A program made the position numbers and the translations under genes. Positions 10,121-20,900 of a stretch of 64,000 nucleotides of DNA are shown here, one piece after another. The stretch covers positions 64,228 through 128,227 of the forward strand of contig JAKFCT010000082.1 in assembly GCA_036676495.1 (NCBI GenBank), in the 5' to 3' direction. The notes below the pieces were generated by a model that worked only from the letters and a program-made list of their open reading frames with translations, was not told the DNA's origin and did no database searches. The stretch comes from Candidatus Sericytochromatia bacterium (GTDB taxonomy: Bacteria > Cyanobacteriota > Sericytochromatia > S15B-MN24 > UBA4093). How positions within the stretch are numbered: position 1 is the stretch's first letter; each line of letters begins with the position of its first letter.

Positions 10121-11833
10121 TTGGAGAACGTTCAGGTACTGCCCCTCGGAGGGACCGGGGAAATCGGGAAGAACATGTGGGCCATCCGCTCCGGTTCGGA
10201 CTTCCTGATCCTCGACTGCGGCTTCGCCTTCCCGACCGAGGAGATGTTCGGGATCGATCTGGTCCTGCCGGATTACTCGGTCGTGCTGGAGAACCAGGAG
10301 GACCTGCGGGGCATCTACATCTCGCACGGGCATGAGGATCATATCGGGGGCCTGCCCTACCTCTTGAAGCAGCTCGACGTGATCGTGCCCATCTACGCGA
10401 CCCCGCTGACCGCGGGCCTCATCGAGGCCAAGCTCAAGGAGCATGCGGCCATCCGCGGCAAGTTCCCGATCCACGTGGTCCGTCCGCGCGACGTCGTGGA
10501 CGCCGGGGCCTGCAAGGTCGAGTATATCCGGGTCACGCACTCGATTCCCGACGCCTGCTCGATCGCGGTCCACACCCCCGCCGGTACCGTCATCTACACC
10601 GGCGACTGGAAGATGGATCAGACCCCGGTCGACGGCCAGCACTTCGACTTCTACAAGTTCGCCGAGCTGGGCGAGAAGGGCGTTCTGCTGCTCCTGTCGG
10701 ATTCCACCAACGCCACCCGCGAAGGCTTCACCCCCTCGGAGCGCATGGTGGAGATGGGCCTGGACGGCGCCTTCGCCACGGCCAAGAACCGGATCATCGT
10801 CTCGACCTTCGCCTCCAATGTCCACCGGGTCCAGATCTTCTGCAACCTGGCCCAGAAGTACGGGCGCAAGGTCGCGCTCGTCGGGCGCTCCCTCTTGAAG
10901 GTGGCCGACCAGGCGCGCAAGCACGGCTTCCTCACGGTGCCCGATGGCCTGCTCATCAAGATCGACGAGGCCACCAACCTCCCCCACGATCAGGTGGTCA
11001 TCGTGACGACCGGCTCGCAGGGGGAGCCCACCAGCGGCCTCACCCGGATCGCCAATCACCAGCACAAGCACATCAACGTGGTGGCGGGCGATACCGTGAT
11101 CCTCTCGGCCATCCCCATCCCGGGCAATGAGCGGACCGTCTCGCGCGTGATCAACACGCTCTTCGAGCACGGGGCGCACGTGGTCTACGAGACCTCGCGC
11201 TCGACCGCTCCCGGCGCCACCAAGCACGTCTCCGGGCATGCCAGCCGCGAAGAGATGCGCATCATGCTCACGCTCACCAAGCCGAAGTTCTTCGTGCCGA
11301 TCCACGGCGAGGAGCGCCACCTGATCCGTCACGCCGAGCTCGCGGAGTCGGTCGGCATCCAGCCCGATCACATCCTGATCCCCGCCAACGGGGACATCAT
11401 GGAGTTCAATGCCGAGGCCTGCAAGGTCGTGGGCCAGTTCAACGCCGACCCGGTCCTGGTGGACGGCTCCGCCCTGGGCGTCGGCATGGGCCTGCTCAAG
11501 GATCGCAAGACCCTCGCCAACGAGGGGGTGGTCTCGGCGGTGGTCACCGTCGATGAGGAAGGCTTCGTGCTCGATGGCCCGGAGCTCTTGAGCCAGGGCT
11601 TCATTCACCATGATGAGTTCGCAGAATTGCTCGACGACGCCCGGGAGGCCATCGTCGCCTCGCTCATGCGTTGCCGGGAAGAAGGCGCCCTGACCTCGGA
11701 GGCGCTCAACCGGCGTCTCAAGGAGGATATCGGACGCTTCCTCTACGAGCGGACGCGCCGGCGTCCCGCGATCCTCGCGATGGTCCAGGTCGTTCGCTCG
11801 GCCGGGATGTCCTCGGTGACCCGTTCCGCGTAG
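10121..11833 (+). CDS. rnj: Ribonuclease J
   Basis: PLGGTGEIGKN, HGHEDHIG, TGSQGEP, HVSGH and PIHGE. Confidence 0.97.
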   Translation: MENVQVLPLGGTGEIGKNMWAIRSGSDFLILDCGFAFPTEEMFGIDLVLPDYSVVLENQEDLRGIYISHGHEDHIGGLPYLLKQLDVIVPIYATPLTAGLIEAKLKEHAAIRGKFPIHVVRPRDVVDAGACKVEYIRVTHSIPDACSIAVHTPAGTVIYTGDWKMDQTPVDGQHFDFYKFAELGEKGVLLLLSDSTNATREGFTPSERMVEMGLDGAFATAKNRIIVSTFASNVHRVQIFCNLAQKYGRKVALVGRSLLKVADQARKHGFLTVPDGLLIKIDEATNLPHDQVVIVTTGSQGEPTSGLTRIANHQHKHINVVAGDTVILSAIPIPGNERTVSRVINTLFEHGAHVVYETSRSTAPGATKHVSGHASREEMRIMLTLTKPKFFVPIHGEERHLIRHAELAESVGIQPDHILIPANGDIMEFNAEACKVVGQFNADPVLVDGSALGVGMGLLKDRKTLANEGVVSAVVTVDEEGFVLDGPELLSQGFIHHDEFAELLDDAREAIVASLMRCREEGALTSEALNRRLKEDIGRFLYERTRRRPAILAMVQVVRSAGMSSVTRSA

Positions 11834-11943
11834 CGTCGCGAACCCATGCTCAACGTGCCGAAGGTGCCGGATTCCGGCGCCTTTGGCGTATGCAGGCCCA
11901 TACCTTGCGGTCCAGGGTTTTGATTTGGAGGCTACGTGGGATA

Positions 11944-14046
11944 ATGCATGTCATGGACCTCCTGGATGCACGCAACGTCGGGAACACCCCGCAGGCCGAG
12001 CTCATGCAGCTGCGGCGCTTCTTCGAGCTGTCGCTCGATCCGCTGGCGATCAGCGATGAGCACGGCTGCCTCAAGCGCCTGAATCCCGCCATGGAGCGGG
12101 TGCTCGGCTACTCGCAAGGCGAGCTGCTTGCGCGCTCCATGTTGGAGTTCGTTCATCCGGACGACCGGGCCATGACCCAGGCGCAGCTGTCGCGCCTCAA
12201 GGCAGGCTTTCCCGTCTCGTACTTCGAGAACCGCTATCGCACCAAGGCCGGAGAGGTCGTTTGGTTGGCCTGGAGCTGTATCCCCGTGCCGGAGGAGGGC
12301 GTCTTCTACTCGGTGGCGCGGGATATCACGGCTCAGAAGCAAGGCGAGGAGCGCCTGAGGAATCAGCAGCACGTCCTCTCCGAGCTCTTGAGGCATCCCG
12401 CCATGCAGGGGGGCGACCTCCCGGGAGCCATGCGGGCCATCTCGGAGGCGGCGGCCCAGGCCATGGGCGTGGCGCGCGTCAGCGTCTGGTGCTACGACGA
12501 GACGAAGAGCCGCATCACCTGCCGCGATCTCTTCGAGACCGCAACCGGCATGCACCGCTCGGGGGACGTCTTGCTGGCGTGCGAGTACCCGGTGTACTTC
12601 CAGGCGCTGGCCAAGGAACGCCTCATCGCCGCTGGGGATGCGTGCGAGGACCCGCGGACTCGGGAGTTCGTCTCGGGCTATTTCGCGACCCATGGGATCA
12701 CCTCACTGCTGGACGTGCCGTTGCGGATCGGCGGAGCGGTGGCGGGGATCCTCTGCCATGAGCACATCGGCCCGAAGCGCCAATGGACGGCCGAAGAAGA
12801 GGCCTTTGCCGCCGCGCTCGGAGATGCGCTGGCGCTGGCATGCGAGACGCATGAGCGTCACCAGGCGCAGGAAGCCTTGAGGCAGAGCGAGGAACGCTTC
12901 CGCTACGTCGCGTTCGCGACCACGGATGCCCTCTACGATTGGAATATCAGGACCGGGGAGTTCTGGTGGAGCGACGGCTTGCAAAAGGTCAGCCCCTCCG
13001 CGGGGCTGGCCGATAGCTTCGGCATCGACCAGTGGCGCGAGCACCTGCACCCGGAAGACCGCGAGCGGGTCTGGTCCAGCTTGCGGGTGGCGCTCGCCCA
13101 GAAGGTGCCCTACTGGACCGAGGAGTATCGCTTCCTGCGGGAAAATGACGGCTATGCGACGATCCGGGAGCGGGGCTACGTCCTTCGTGACGCGGCGGGC
13201 CAGGCCATCCGGATGATCGGCGCGATGGAGGACATCACGGATCGGCGGCGGGCCGAGGAGGAAAGGGCCCGCTCGTTGGCCCGTGAAACCGCGGTGCGGA
13301 GCGAGTTCGAGGCCATCAAGGAGTTGAATCGCCTCAAGAACCAGTTCGTCAACGCCGTCTCGCATGACCTGCGGGTGCCGCTCACCTCGGTGATGGGGTA
13401 CGCGGAGTTCCTCGAGGATGGGATCGGCGGCATGCTGACGCCGCAGCAAACGGTCTTCGTCGATCAGATCCAGAAGAATGCTCTGCGCCTGGCGCGCCTG
13501 GTGGATGACTTGCTCGATTTCGCGCGCATGGAAGCCGGGACGCTCAAGCTGAACCTGGAGGAGGCGGATCTGGTAGGCCGCCTGCGCGAGGTCGCGCAAA
13601 GCCTGAAGCCCCAGGTCGAGGCCGCCGGACTGACGCTCGACCTGGACCTCGCTTCCGAGCCGGTCGCGACCTGCGTCGACGTGCCGCGGATCGAGCGGGT
13701 CTTCTTCAACCTCATCAACAACGCCATCAAGTTCACCGCGTCCGGGGGAGCCATCCGCGTTCGCCTGGCCAGCGACCATGACGCGATTCGCGCCGAGGTT
13801 CACGATACGGGCGTCGGGATCGCCACCGAAGACCTGCCGAAACTCTTCAGGCCGTTCAGCCAATTGGTCGGCGCTCAGGTGAAGGGAGGGACCGGACTCG
13901 GTCTCAACATCGTCAAGCTCCTGGTCGAAGCGCATGGCGGCTCCGTCGGGGTCTCCAGCGAGTTGGGGCGCGGCAGCTGCTTCTGGTTCACCCTGCCCCA
14001 GCGCGCCTGTGCGGAGGCGGAATTACGGCAGTCGCTCGACGCGTGA
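11944..14046 (+). CDS. Cytoplasmic PAS-GAF-PAS sensor histidine kinase
   Basis: PAS motifs (VHPDDR, LHPEDR), GAF, H-box SHDLRVPLTS, N-box NLINNAIKFT, G-boxes DTGVGI and GGTGLGL; start uncertain (11944 or 11953). Confidence 0.92.
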   Translation: MHVMDLLDARNVGNTPQAELMQLRRFFELSLDPLAISDEHGCLKRLNPAMERVLGYSQGELLARSMLEFVHPDDRAMTQAQLSRLKAGFPVSYFENRYRTKAGEVVWLAWSCIPVPEEGVFYSVARDITAQKQGEERLRNQQHVLSELLRHPAMQGGDLPGAMRAISEAAAQAMGVARVSVWCYDETKSRITCRDLFETATGMHRSGDVLLACEYPVYFQALAKERLIAAGDACEDPRTREFVSGYFATHGITSLLDVPLRIGGAVAGILCHEHIGPKRQWTAEEEAFAAALGDALALACETHERHQAQEALRQSEERFRYVAFATTDALYDWNIRTGEFWWSDGLQKVSPSAGLADSFGIDQWREHLHPEDRERVWSSLRVALAQKVPYWTEEYRFLRENDGYATIRERGYVLRDAAGQAIRMIGAMEDITDRRRAEEERARSLARETAVRSEFEAIKELNRLKNQFVNAVSHDLRVPLTSVMGYAEFLEDGIGGMLTPQQTVFVDQIQKNALRLARLVDDLLDFARMEAGTLKLNLEEADLVGRLREVAQSLKPQVEAAGLTLDLDLASEPVATCVDVPRIERVFFNLINNAIKFTASGGAIRVRLASDHDAIRAEVHDTGVGIATEDLPKLFRPFSQLVGAQVKGGTGLGLNIVKLLVEAHGGSVGVSSELGRGSCFWFTLPQRACAEAELRQSLDA

Positions 14047-14056
14047 GGCGGCTCGT

Positions 14057-14109
14057 TTAACAGATCCTAAACAGAATCGAAATCTAGCCGCCAAGCATGG
14101 CGGGAACAA
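14057..14109 (+). promoter_or_regulatory. 11-bp-phased TTAAC-like repeats plus a GGGAACAA element
   Basis: ttaacag(14057), taaacag(14068), gaaatc(14079); similar layout at 40650, 41740 and 48622. Confidence 0.4.
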
Positions 14110-14145
14110 TGGTTCAGCCTTGATGAAGAGGAGGAACCCTTTTTT

Positions 14146-14877
14146 ATGCGTCATTTTCAATTGCTTGCCGCCACGTTGGGGACCGTGTTCCTGGTTGCCG
14201 GCTGTGGAACCGGTTATTCGAGCGGCTTTATGGGCGGCCCCGTCCCGGATTTCGGTGAGATGGGCCCGCCGGCCTACCGCGAGCAGCCCCCCACCACGCC
14301 TCCGGATTTCACGATGCTGCCTCCGCCGGGCCAGCAGCCTGCTCCCCAGCCCAGCACGCCGACTCTGCCGTGGACTCCGAAGCCCACCCCGACACCGACG
14401 CAGCCCACTCCGCCCCCCACGTATCCGACGCCGGCTCCGCCCCAGCCGACGCCTCCGCCGGCGAGCGATTCGGAGTTCCTGAGCCAGCTAGAGGATGACA
14501 TCCTCAGGATGGTCAACGAGGAGCGGGCCAAGGTCGGCGCCAAGGCCCTCGCGATGGAGTCCATGCGGAGAGATGTCGCGCGGGGCCACTCCAAGGACAT
14601 GGCCGTGCGCAACTTCTTCGATCACAACAACCCGGATGGGAAGTCGCCTTTCGATCGCATGAGGAGCGCGGGCATCAGCTACACGGCGGCCGGTGAGAAC
14701 ATCGCCTACAACACCTATCCGGTCGACCGGGCCGCGAAGGCCGCCATGGACGGGTGGATGAACTCCGAGGGGCACCGGAAGAACATTCAGAACGCCAAGT
14801 ACGGCCGCACCGGGATCGGCGTCTACCGCAACCCGTCGAACGGAAGGGTCTACCTGACCCAGGTCTTCACCAATTAA
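14146..14877 (+). CDS. CAP (SCP/YkwD-like) domain lipoprotein with a Pro/Thr-rich linker
   Basis: Lipobox VAGC; VNEERAK, HSKDMAVRNFFDH, GENIA and WMNSEGHRKNI. Confidence 0.92.
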   Translation: MRHFQLLAATLGTVFLVAGCGTGYSSGFMGGPVPDFGEMGPPAYREQPPTTPPDFTMLPPPGQQPAPQPSTPTLPWTPKPTPTPTQPTPPPTYPTPAPPQPTPPPASDSEFLSQLEDDILRMVNEERAKVGAKALAMESMRRDVARGHSKDMAVRNFFDHNNPDGKSPFDRMRSAGISYTAAGENIAYNTYPVDRAAKAAMDGWMNSEGHRKNIQNAKYGRTGIGVYRNPSNGRVYLTQVFTN

Positions 14878-15040
14878 TCTTCCCTATCTTGTCCCCCCTC
14901 GACGGGGGGACCGGCGAAGCCGAGGGGGGTGTTGGCCGGCGCAGCCATGGCGTTCCTCGTTAAAGGAACCTGGGAGCAGTAACACCCCCCGGGGCTTCGC
15001 CCCGCCCCCCCGTCAAGGGGGGGCAAGATAGGGAAGTTTA
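14875..15040. repeat. MITE/REPIN-like element, copy 2
   Basis: Inverted ends taatcttccctatcttgtcccccc ... ggggggcaagatagggaagttta; fills the whole gap between two convergent stop codons. Confidence 0.82.
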
Positions 15041-16636
15041 GGTGGGCACGGTCGCTGCCATCTCGAGAAGCGTCTCTCGGGGTGGCAGCGCGTTCTTGTT
15101 GAGGTCGATCGGGCCCAGGTCCGCAAGCGCCAGGAAGAAGGCCTCGACGACCTTGGGGTCGAAGTGGTTGCCTGCGCAGCGGTGCATTTCCTTGAGGGCC
15201 CAGTCCATGTCGACGCGGGGGCGGTACTTGCGATCGCTGGTGAGCGTGTCGAAGGCGTCCGCCAGCGCGAGGATTCTGCCCCCGAGCGGGATGGCCTCGC
15301 CCTTGAGCTTGCGGGGGTAGCCGCCCCCATCCCAGCGCTCGTGGTGGGAGCAGGCGGCATCGGCGACGTCCCGCAACCCCTTGTAGGGCTCCAGGATCCG
15401 GTAGCCCTTGCCGGGATGCTGCTTGATGATGGCGAATTCCTCGTCGGTCAGCCGATCCGGCTTGTTGAGGATGGCGTCGGGGATGCCGATCTTACCGACG
15501 TCATGCAGGATACCCGCGAGCTTGAGGCGCTCGCAGACGTCGAAGGGCAGGCCCATCTTGCAGGCAATCAGGAAGCCGTACTGCGAGACGTTCTCGGAGT
15601 GGTTGGCGGTGTATTTGTCCTTGCTGTCCAGGGCGCGGGCCAGGGACTTGATGGTCTCGAGCGCGGCTTGCTGCAGTTCGCCGTAAAGCTCGACGTTGGC
15701 CATGGCCAGGGCGAGCTTGGCGGCGATTTCCTGGAGCAGTTGAATTTCGGAAGCCGTGAAGTCCGTGCCGTCGGTCTTGTTGTAGACCTCGAGGACCCCG
15801 TAGAACTGCTGAGAGGTGGCAATGGGCACGGCGACCACTTGCCGCTCGACGCAGCGATCATGGGGATCGCCTCCCAGGCGTTGCTGGATGGCTTCCGCGT
15901 TATGCGTGAGGGGGCGGGGGCTTTCGGCGAGCTCGCGGGCGATGCGACCGCAGGCATGGTCGGAGAGTTTTCCCGACATGGCATACGGGCAGCCGGCCGC
16001 CGCCGCGACTTCGAGCTCGCGCTTGGGGCCCTTGCGGGTGAAGATCAGGGCCCGTTCGGCCTGCATCCCACGCTGGACCAGGCTGGCCGTGGCTCCCAGG
16101 ACCTCGGCGATCTCGGGCTTGAGGATGGCGGCATCGAACTCGGCCAGGAAGGTGGAGTGCGTTTGCTGGCGTTCCAGATCACGGCGCAGGGTCTCGCTCT
16201 CCGCCAAGCTGGTGACCAGGGGGACGAAGGCCGCCAAGAGGGCTTCCTCGTCGGGGGTGTAGTCGCGGGCTTCGCGGCTTCCCAGCGCCAGCACCCCCAG
16301 AGCCGTTTCCCTCGCGATGAGCGGGATGAAGAGCAGGGTGGGGAAGCGCCAGTCGTCGATCTCGCTCGGCAGGGCGTCCAGGCTGAGTTCGCCCTCCTGC
16401 ACCAGCACCGGGTTGCGCTGCAGGGCCAGGTACTCGAAGAAGGGAAGCTGGTTGCGGCCGGGCGCCGACAGCTCGGCCATGGTCCGACCGATGGTGAAGA
16501 GGTGGGCGCGCTCGGCGCTCAGCATGGCGCGAGCAAGCGCGTAGATGCGCTCGAGCTTCGCCTCGAAGTCGGCGATCGCCTCGAGTTCCGCGGGCAGTTT
16601 GGCAAGACCTTGCCAGTGGGTCAAACGATCGATCAT
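15038..16636 (-). CDS. GAF-GAF-HD-GYP cyclic dinucleotide phosphodiesterase
   Basis: YTANHS, LHDVGKIG, HHERWDGGGYP and LADAFD; two GAF-like N-terminal domains. Confidence 0.92.
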   Translation of the reverse strand: MIDRLTHWQGLAKLPAELEAIADFEAKLERIYALARAMLSAERAHLFTIGRTMAELSAPGRNQLPFFEYLALQRNPVLVQEGELSLDALPSEIDDWRFPTLLFIPLIARETALGVLALGSREARDYTPDEEALLAAFVPLVTSLAESETLRRDLERQQTHSTFLAEFDAAILKPEIAEVLGATASLVQRGMQAERALIFTRKGPKRELEVAAAAGCPYAMSGKLSDHACGRIARELAESPRPLTHNAEAIQQRLGGDPHDRCVERQVVAVPIATSQQFYGVLEVYNKTDGTDFTASEIQLLQEIAAKLALAMANVELYGELQQAALETIKSLARALDSKDKYTANHSENVSQYGFLIACKMGLPFDVCERLKLAGILHDVGKIGIPDAILNKPDRLTDEEFAIIKQHPGKGYRILEPYKGLRDVADAACSHHERWDGGGYPRKLKGEAIPLGGRILALADAFDTLTSDRKYRPRVDMDWALKEMHRCAGNHFDPKVVEAFFLALADLGPIDLNKNALPPRETLLEMAATVPT

Positions 16637-16714
16637 GGGTCTCGGTTTCTAGCCGCTGGCGTTCGCAGGGGGAAGACATGCTTATCCGTCATCTACCCGG
16701 CTCGAAGAGCAGGG

Positions 16715-16742
16715 AAACGGGCGGGAGTTTCCCCCCGCCCGT
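16715..16742 (-). terminator. Probable terminator downstream of the lipoprotein gene
   Basis: acgggcggg...cccgcccgt stem with TTT on the minus strand. Confidence 0.5.
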
Positions 16743-16822
16743 CAGGATCCGTCTAGAACGTCCTCGCGACGTCAGGCGAGCATCGTGCCGACCTTCACGT
16801 CACTGACCGAGGGCTTGGCAGG

Positions 16823-17791
16823 TTACGAAACCAGCTGGGAGGCTGGCCGAAACTTCGGCAAGACGATCGGTGCCGTGATGGGCGATCCGGCACGCACGTA
16901 GATGCTGGTCAGGACGCCCTTGCCGTCCTTGTCCCAGGTGATGGTGGCCCGCTTATTGTCGTAGTCCGGCTTGCCGTCTTTGCTGGCGTAGAAGGTGCCC
17001 TGGCCGGCGCCGCTGGGCTGCTTCTCGAGCTTGACGAACATCGGGTTCCCGCCATTGTCCACCCCGGCGGGGACCACGACGCTCCAGGTTTCGCTGTTGA
17101 GGTCGATCGTGATCTCGCCCTCGTCGATTCGGTGGCCCTTGCTGATCTTGAACGTGCCGTCCAGGAGCGCGGAGTAGGCATCGAGCTTGCTCAGAGCGAG
17201 CTCGATCCGGGAGTCCTTGAGTGCGGAGAACCGTTCCACGTCGGTGGGAACGCTCTTGACCGTGACGTCGAGCTTGACCTCGGCCTGGTAGTCCTTGATC
17301 TTGTTGATGTCAAAATTAACGTTCGACGACTTGAGCATGGCTTTGCCGCCCGTCGTGAAGTTTTCGATCGGGGTGAAGTCGCCCTTCACGTAGAAGTAGC
17401 GGAAGTCGCCCGAAGTGTTCTCGATCTTGTATCCGTCGAACTTGCCCTCTTTGAAGGCGCCCCATCTCGCGTCGTTGTCCTCGGGGAGGTCGTCTGCGGT
17501 CGGTTCGAGGCTCGAGATGCGGTAGGCGGCGACGGACTTGAGGGCCGCGACGGACTTGAGGGCGTCGGCGGAGCCAGCGGCGGCGAGGCCCTGGCCGGCG
17601 GCGTCGACGGCGCTGGCCTCGAAGGCGGCGACGCTCTTGAGCTCGGATTCGCTGAGCTGGGTCAGCTTGGGGGTCTCGTCCTTGATGGTGTCCTTGCCGC
17701 CCGTGCCATTCTTGGGCAGGAATGCGTTCATGTCGCAGCCGGTCAGCATGGTGAGGGCCAAAAGGGCCGGGATGGCGCGGGTCAGTTTCAT
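16823..17791 (-). CDS. Hypothetical lipoprotein
   Basis: Lipobox LTGC, coding-like codon use, beta-rich body; no family recognised. Confidence 0.75.
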   Translation of the reverse strand: MKLTRAIPALLALTMLTGCDMNAFLPKNGTGGKDTIKDETPKLTQLSESELKSVAAFEASAVDAAGQGLAAAGSADALKSVAALKSVAAYRISSLEPTADDLPEDNDARWGAFKEGKFDGYKIENTSGDFRYFYVKGDFTPIENFTTGGKAMLKSSNVNFDINKIKDYQAEVKLDVTVKSVPTDVERFSALKDSRIELALSKLDAYSALLDGTFKISKGHRIDEGEITIDLNSETWSVVVPAGVDNGGNPMFVKLEKQPSGAGQGTFYASKDGKPDYDNKRATITWDKDGKGVLTSIYVRAGSPITAPIVLPKFRPASQLVS

Positions 17792-17916
17792 TCGTCATCT
17801 CCTTCGAGCAGGCAAGCGATCAGGCAGTCGATCTTAAACTACCCTAGCTTGCATCATTCTAACCCGACGCTTGACTGTTTAGCGAGAGGTTCGTCGCTGT
17901 GAAAGCGTGATCTTGG

Positions 17917-20900
17917 TTACGTTTGGAGGGGCGAGGCCGCGCTCAGTTGGGCCAGGTCGAGCTGGGCTCCCAGGCGCTCGAAGAGCTCGCGGGCCTGCGA
18001 ATGCGCGCGTTCTCCGTCAGGGGTGCCGGCCAAGAGACGGGCCGACAGCGCATAGGCGCGCCCGAGCTCGAGGGGGGCATCGACGTCGCTCAAGCGGGCG
18101 ATCGCCTCCGCCGCCTTCGCCTTCGCCGCTTCCAGGTCCCCGGCCTTCAGCGCCAACAGGCTCTGGATCCGGAGCACCACCGCCGGAGTGACGGGATCCC
18201 CCATCTCATGGGCGAAGTGAAGCGCCCGCTCCACGCTCTCCTGCGCCTCGGCCAGCAGATTCGCCTCGGCGCAGGCCAACGCGATGCTGCGGTAGACCTC
18301 CGGGAAGACTTCCCGCACATCCAGCGATTCGAAGATGGAGAGCCCCTTGCGCATGAACGTCAGGGCCTCTTCCAGCTTGTCACGATAGAAGAGGACGTTT
18401 CCGAGGTTGAAAAGGATGGTCGCCAGGATGTCCTTGTGCTGCAAGCGCTGCTGGATATCCAGCGCCTTGCGGAGATGTCCCTCCGCCTCCGCCAGCTTGC
18501 CCATCGCCATCAGGAGATCGCCCAGGTTGTTGTGGGCTTTGCTGATGAAATAGCCGTCTCCGATGCGCTCGTAAGCCTGTAAGCCGCGCAGGTAGTACTG
18601 CTCGGCAAGGGTGGTCTCGCCGGCGTCCGTGTAGATGGAGGCGAGATTGTTGCTGCTGGAGGCGACGCCCAGGAGATCCTTGGCCGCTTCCCGATGCTGC
18701 ATGGCGAGCTGGGTGTGCTGGATGGCCTGCTCGAGGTTGCCCAGCCGCCAGAGGCATAGGCCGAGCACCGAATGTGCGAATCCCGCTTCCTTCGGATGAT
18801 CCCCGCCCTCGATCAGCGCGAGGCTCTCATGGCAGAGCATTTGGCAGGCTTCCTGCTCACCCGAGCGATACTTGGCGTAGGCGACCTTGGCGAGCAGGGA
18901 GGCCCGCTCGGTCGTGTACTCGGGCGGCAGCAGATCGTAGCCCTGCTGATAGGTGTCGAGGGCATTGGGGTAATTCGCCTGCCGCTCGTAGAGATCGCCC
19001 TGGGCCAGCAAGACCTTGGCTTGATGCGGGGGGTCCGTGAGCAGCGCGAAAGCGGCCTCCAGAACGCTGTGGGCTTCCTCGAAAAGGTTGAGCGGCGTGA
19101 GGATCAAGCCCTTCAGGTAGAGGATCTCCCAGCGCTGCGGGCCCTCCAGGTCGGGCTGCTGGTCGATCAGGACGAGCGCTCGCTCGATCGTCGCCCTGGC
19201 GGTCGCCAGGTCGAAGAAGTCAAACGCGCGCTGGGCGGCCTTCACCTGGTAGCGCAGCGCCCTCGCGAAGTTCTCGGCCAGCGCGAAGTGATGCGCCAGC
19301 AGATGGGCGTTTTCGTCCAGGTGATCCGCGTAGAGGCCTTCGATCGCCAGCCCCGCACGCCCGTGAAGCTCCTTGCGGCTGGAAAGTAGCAGGCTCTGGT
19401 AGGCCACTTCCTGAGTCAGCGCCTGAGTGAAGGCATAATCTCCGGACGAGGTCTGGTAGAGGAAGTTCGACTTGATCAGCTCGTCGAGTCCCGGTACCGG
19501 AAGCTCGGTTCCGGCCACCTTGGCGAGGAGGGCTTGCGAGAAGGTTCGCCCGAGCACGGAGGCTACTTGTAACAACGAGCGTTTGAAGTGAGGCAGCCGG
19601 TCGAGGCGCGCCGCGACCGCCCCCTGGATCGTGCTGGGCATCTTGAATTCGCTGGACGGGCGCTGGACCTGCCAGCTGTCCTGGGTCTTCACGAGGACTC
19701 CCCCGTCGATCAGCGAGAAGACCAGCTCCTTCAGGTAGAAAGGGTTACCTTCCGCGCGCTCCTGAATCTGCTTCAGGAGCGTCGTCAGCGCGGGAGCCGA
19801 TCCCGCGTCAGGAACCGCTCCCAAGAGCGAGATCAGCAGCTTCTGAGAGTCCTGGGCTTCGAGGGGGCGCACCTGGATCACCGTCAGATCGAGCTTCCAG
19901 AACGCCTGGGCATCGAACGACATGCCCGGGCGGTGCTGGACGACGATCATCATGCGCTGGCGATCGGGCTGGTGGGAAAGGTAGTCGAGGAAGAGCTTGA
20001 GCCAGGAAAGAGACGCCTCGTCGGCCCACTGGAGATCCTCGACGGAGAGCATGACCGGCTGAATCTGGGAGAGCGCGAGCAGGAGGCCGTTGAGGGCTTC
20101 CAGAGCGGCATTGCGCCGTTGCTCCTGGCCCAGGGACGCGATTTCCGAGCTGGAGGGATCGAGGCCGAGGAAGGTTCCCAGGAGGTCGGCAAGGCGGGAC
20201 GCATCGTCCGGAGCGAAGTCCCGGCAGCGCGATTCCAAGGCGGCGCGGACTTCGTTGAGGGGCATGTGAGGCGTGGTCTTGGTCAGGTAGTGAAGGAGGT
20301 TGCCGACCATGCCGAAGGAGGAGCCCTGGGTGTAGGATTGGCAGCGGGCCCGCAAGCCCAAGGGGCTGGGCTGGCAGCGCTGGGAGAGGAACTGGCCGAG
20401 CAGGCGAGACTTGCCGACGCCGGCTTCACCCGAAACCACGATCAGCTGCGGATAGCCCTGGACGGCACGCTCCCATCCCAGGGTCAGCGAGTCGAGCTCA
20501 CGGACGCGGTTCACGAAGGGATGGGCGTCGGGGTTCTGTTCCTCAACCTGCTTCAGGGGGCCTTCGAGTTCGTAAACCTCGACCGGCTGAACCTTGCCTT
20601 TGACCGTGATGGGGTCGAGCGTCATGAAGCTGAAACGGTGGCGGGCGAGGCGGTAGGTCTCCCCGGTGACCAGCACCTTTCCGGGACGGGCGTTGGATTC
20701 CATTCGCTGGGCCAGGTTCACGGTGTCGCCCATGACCGTGTAATCCTGTTTCTGGGCGCCGCCCACGGCTCCGGCGACCACCAGGCCGGTGTTGATCCCG
20801 ATCCGGACCTTGAGGCCGATGCCGGTTTTGGCCTCGAGCTTGTCGGCGAATTCCTTGGCGGCGCGCTGCATCTCGTAGGCCGCCCAGACGGCGCGCTCGG

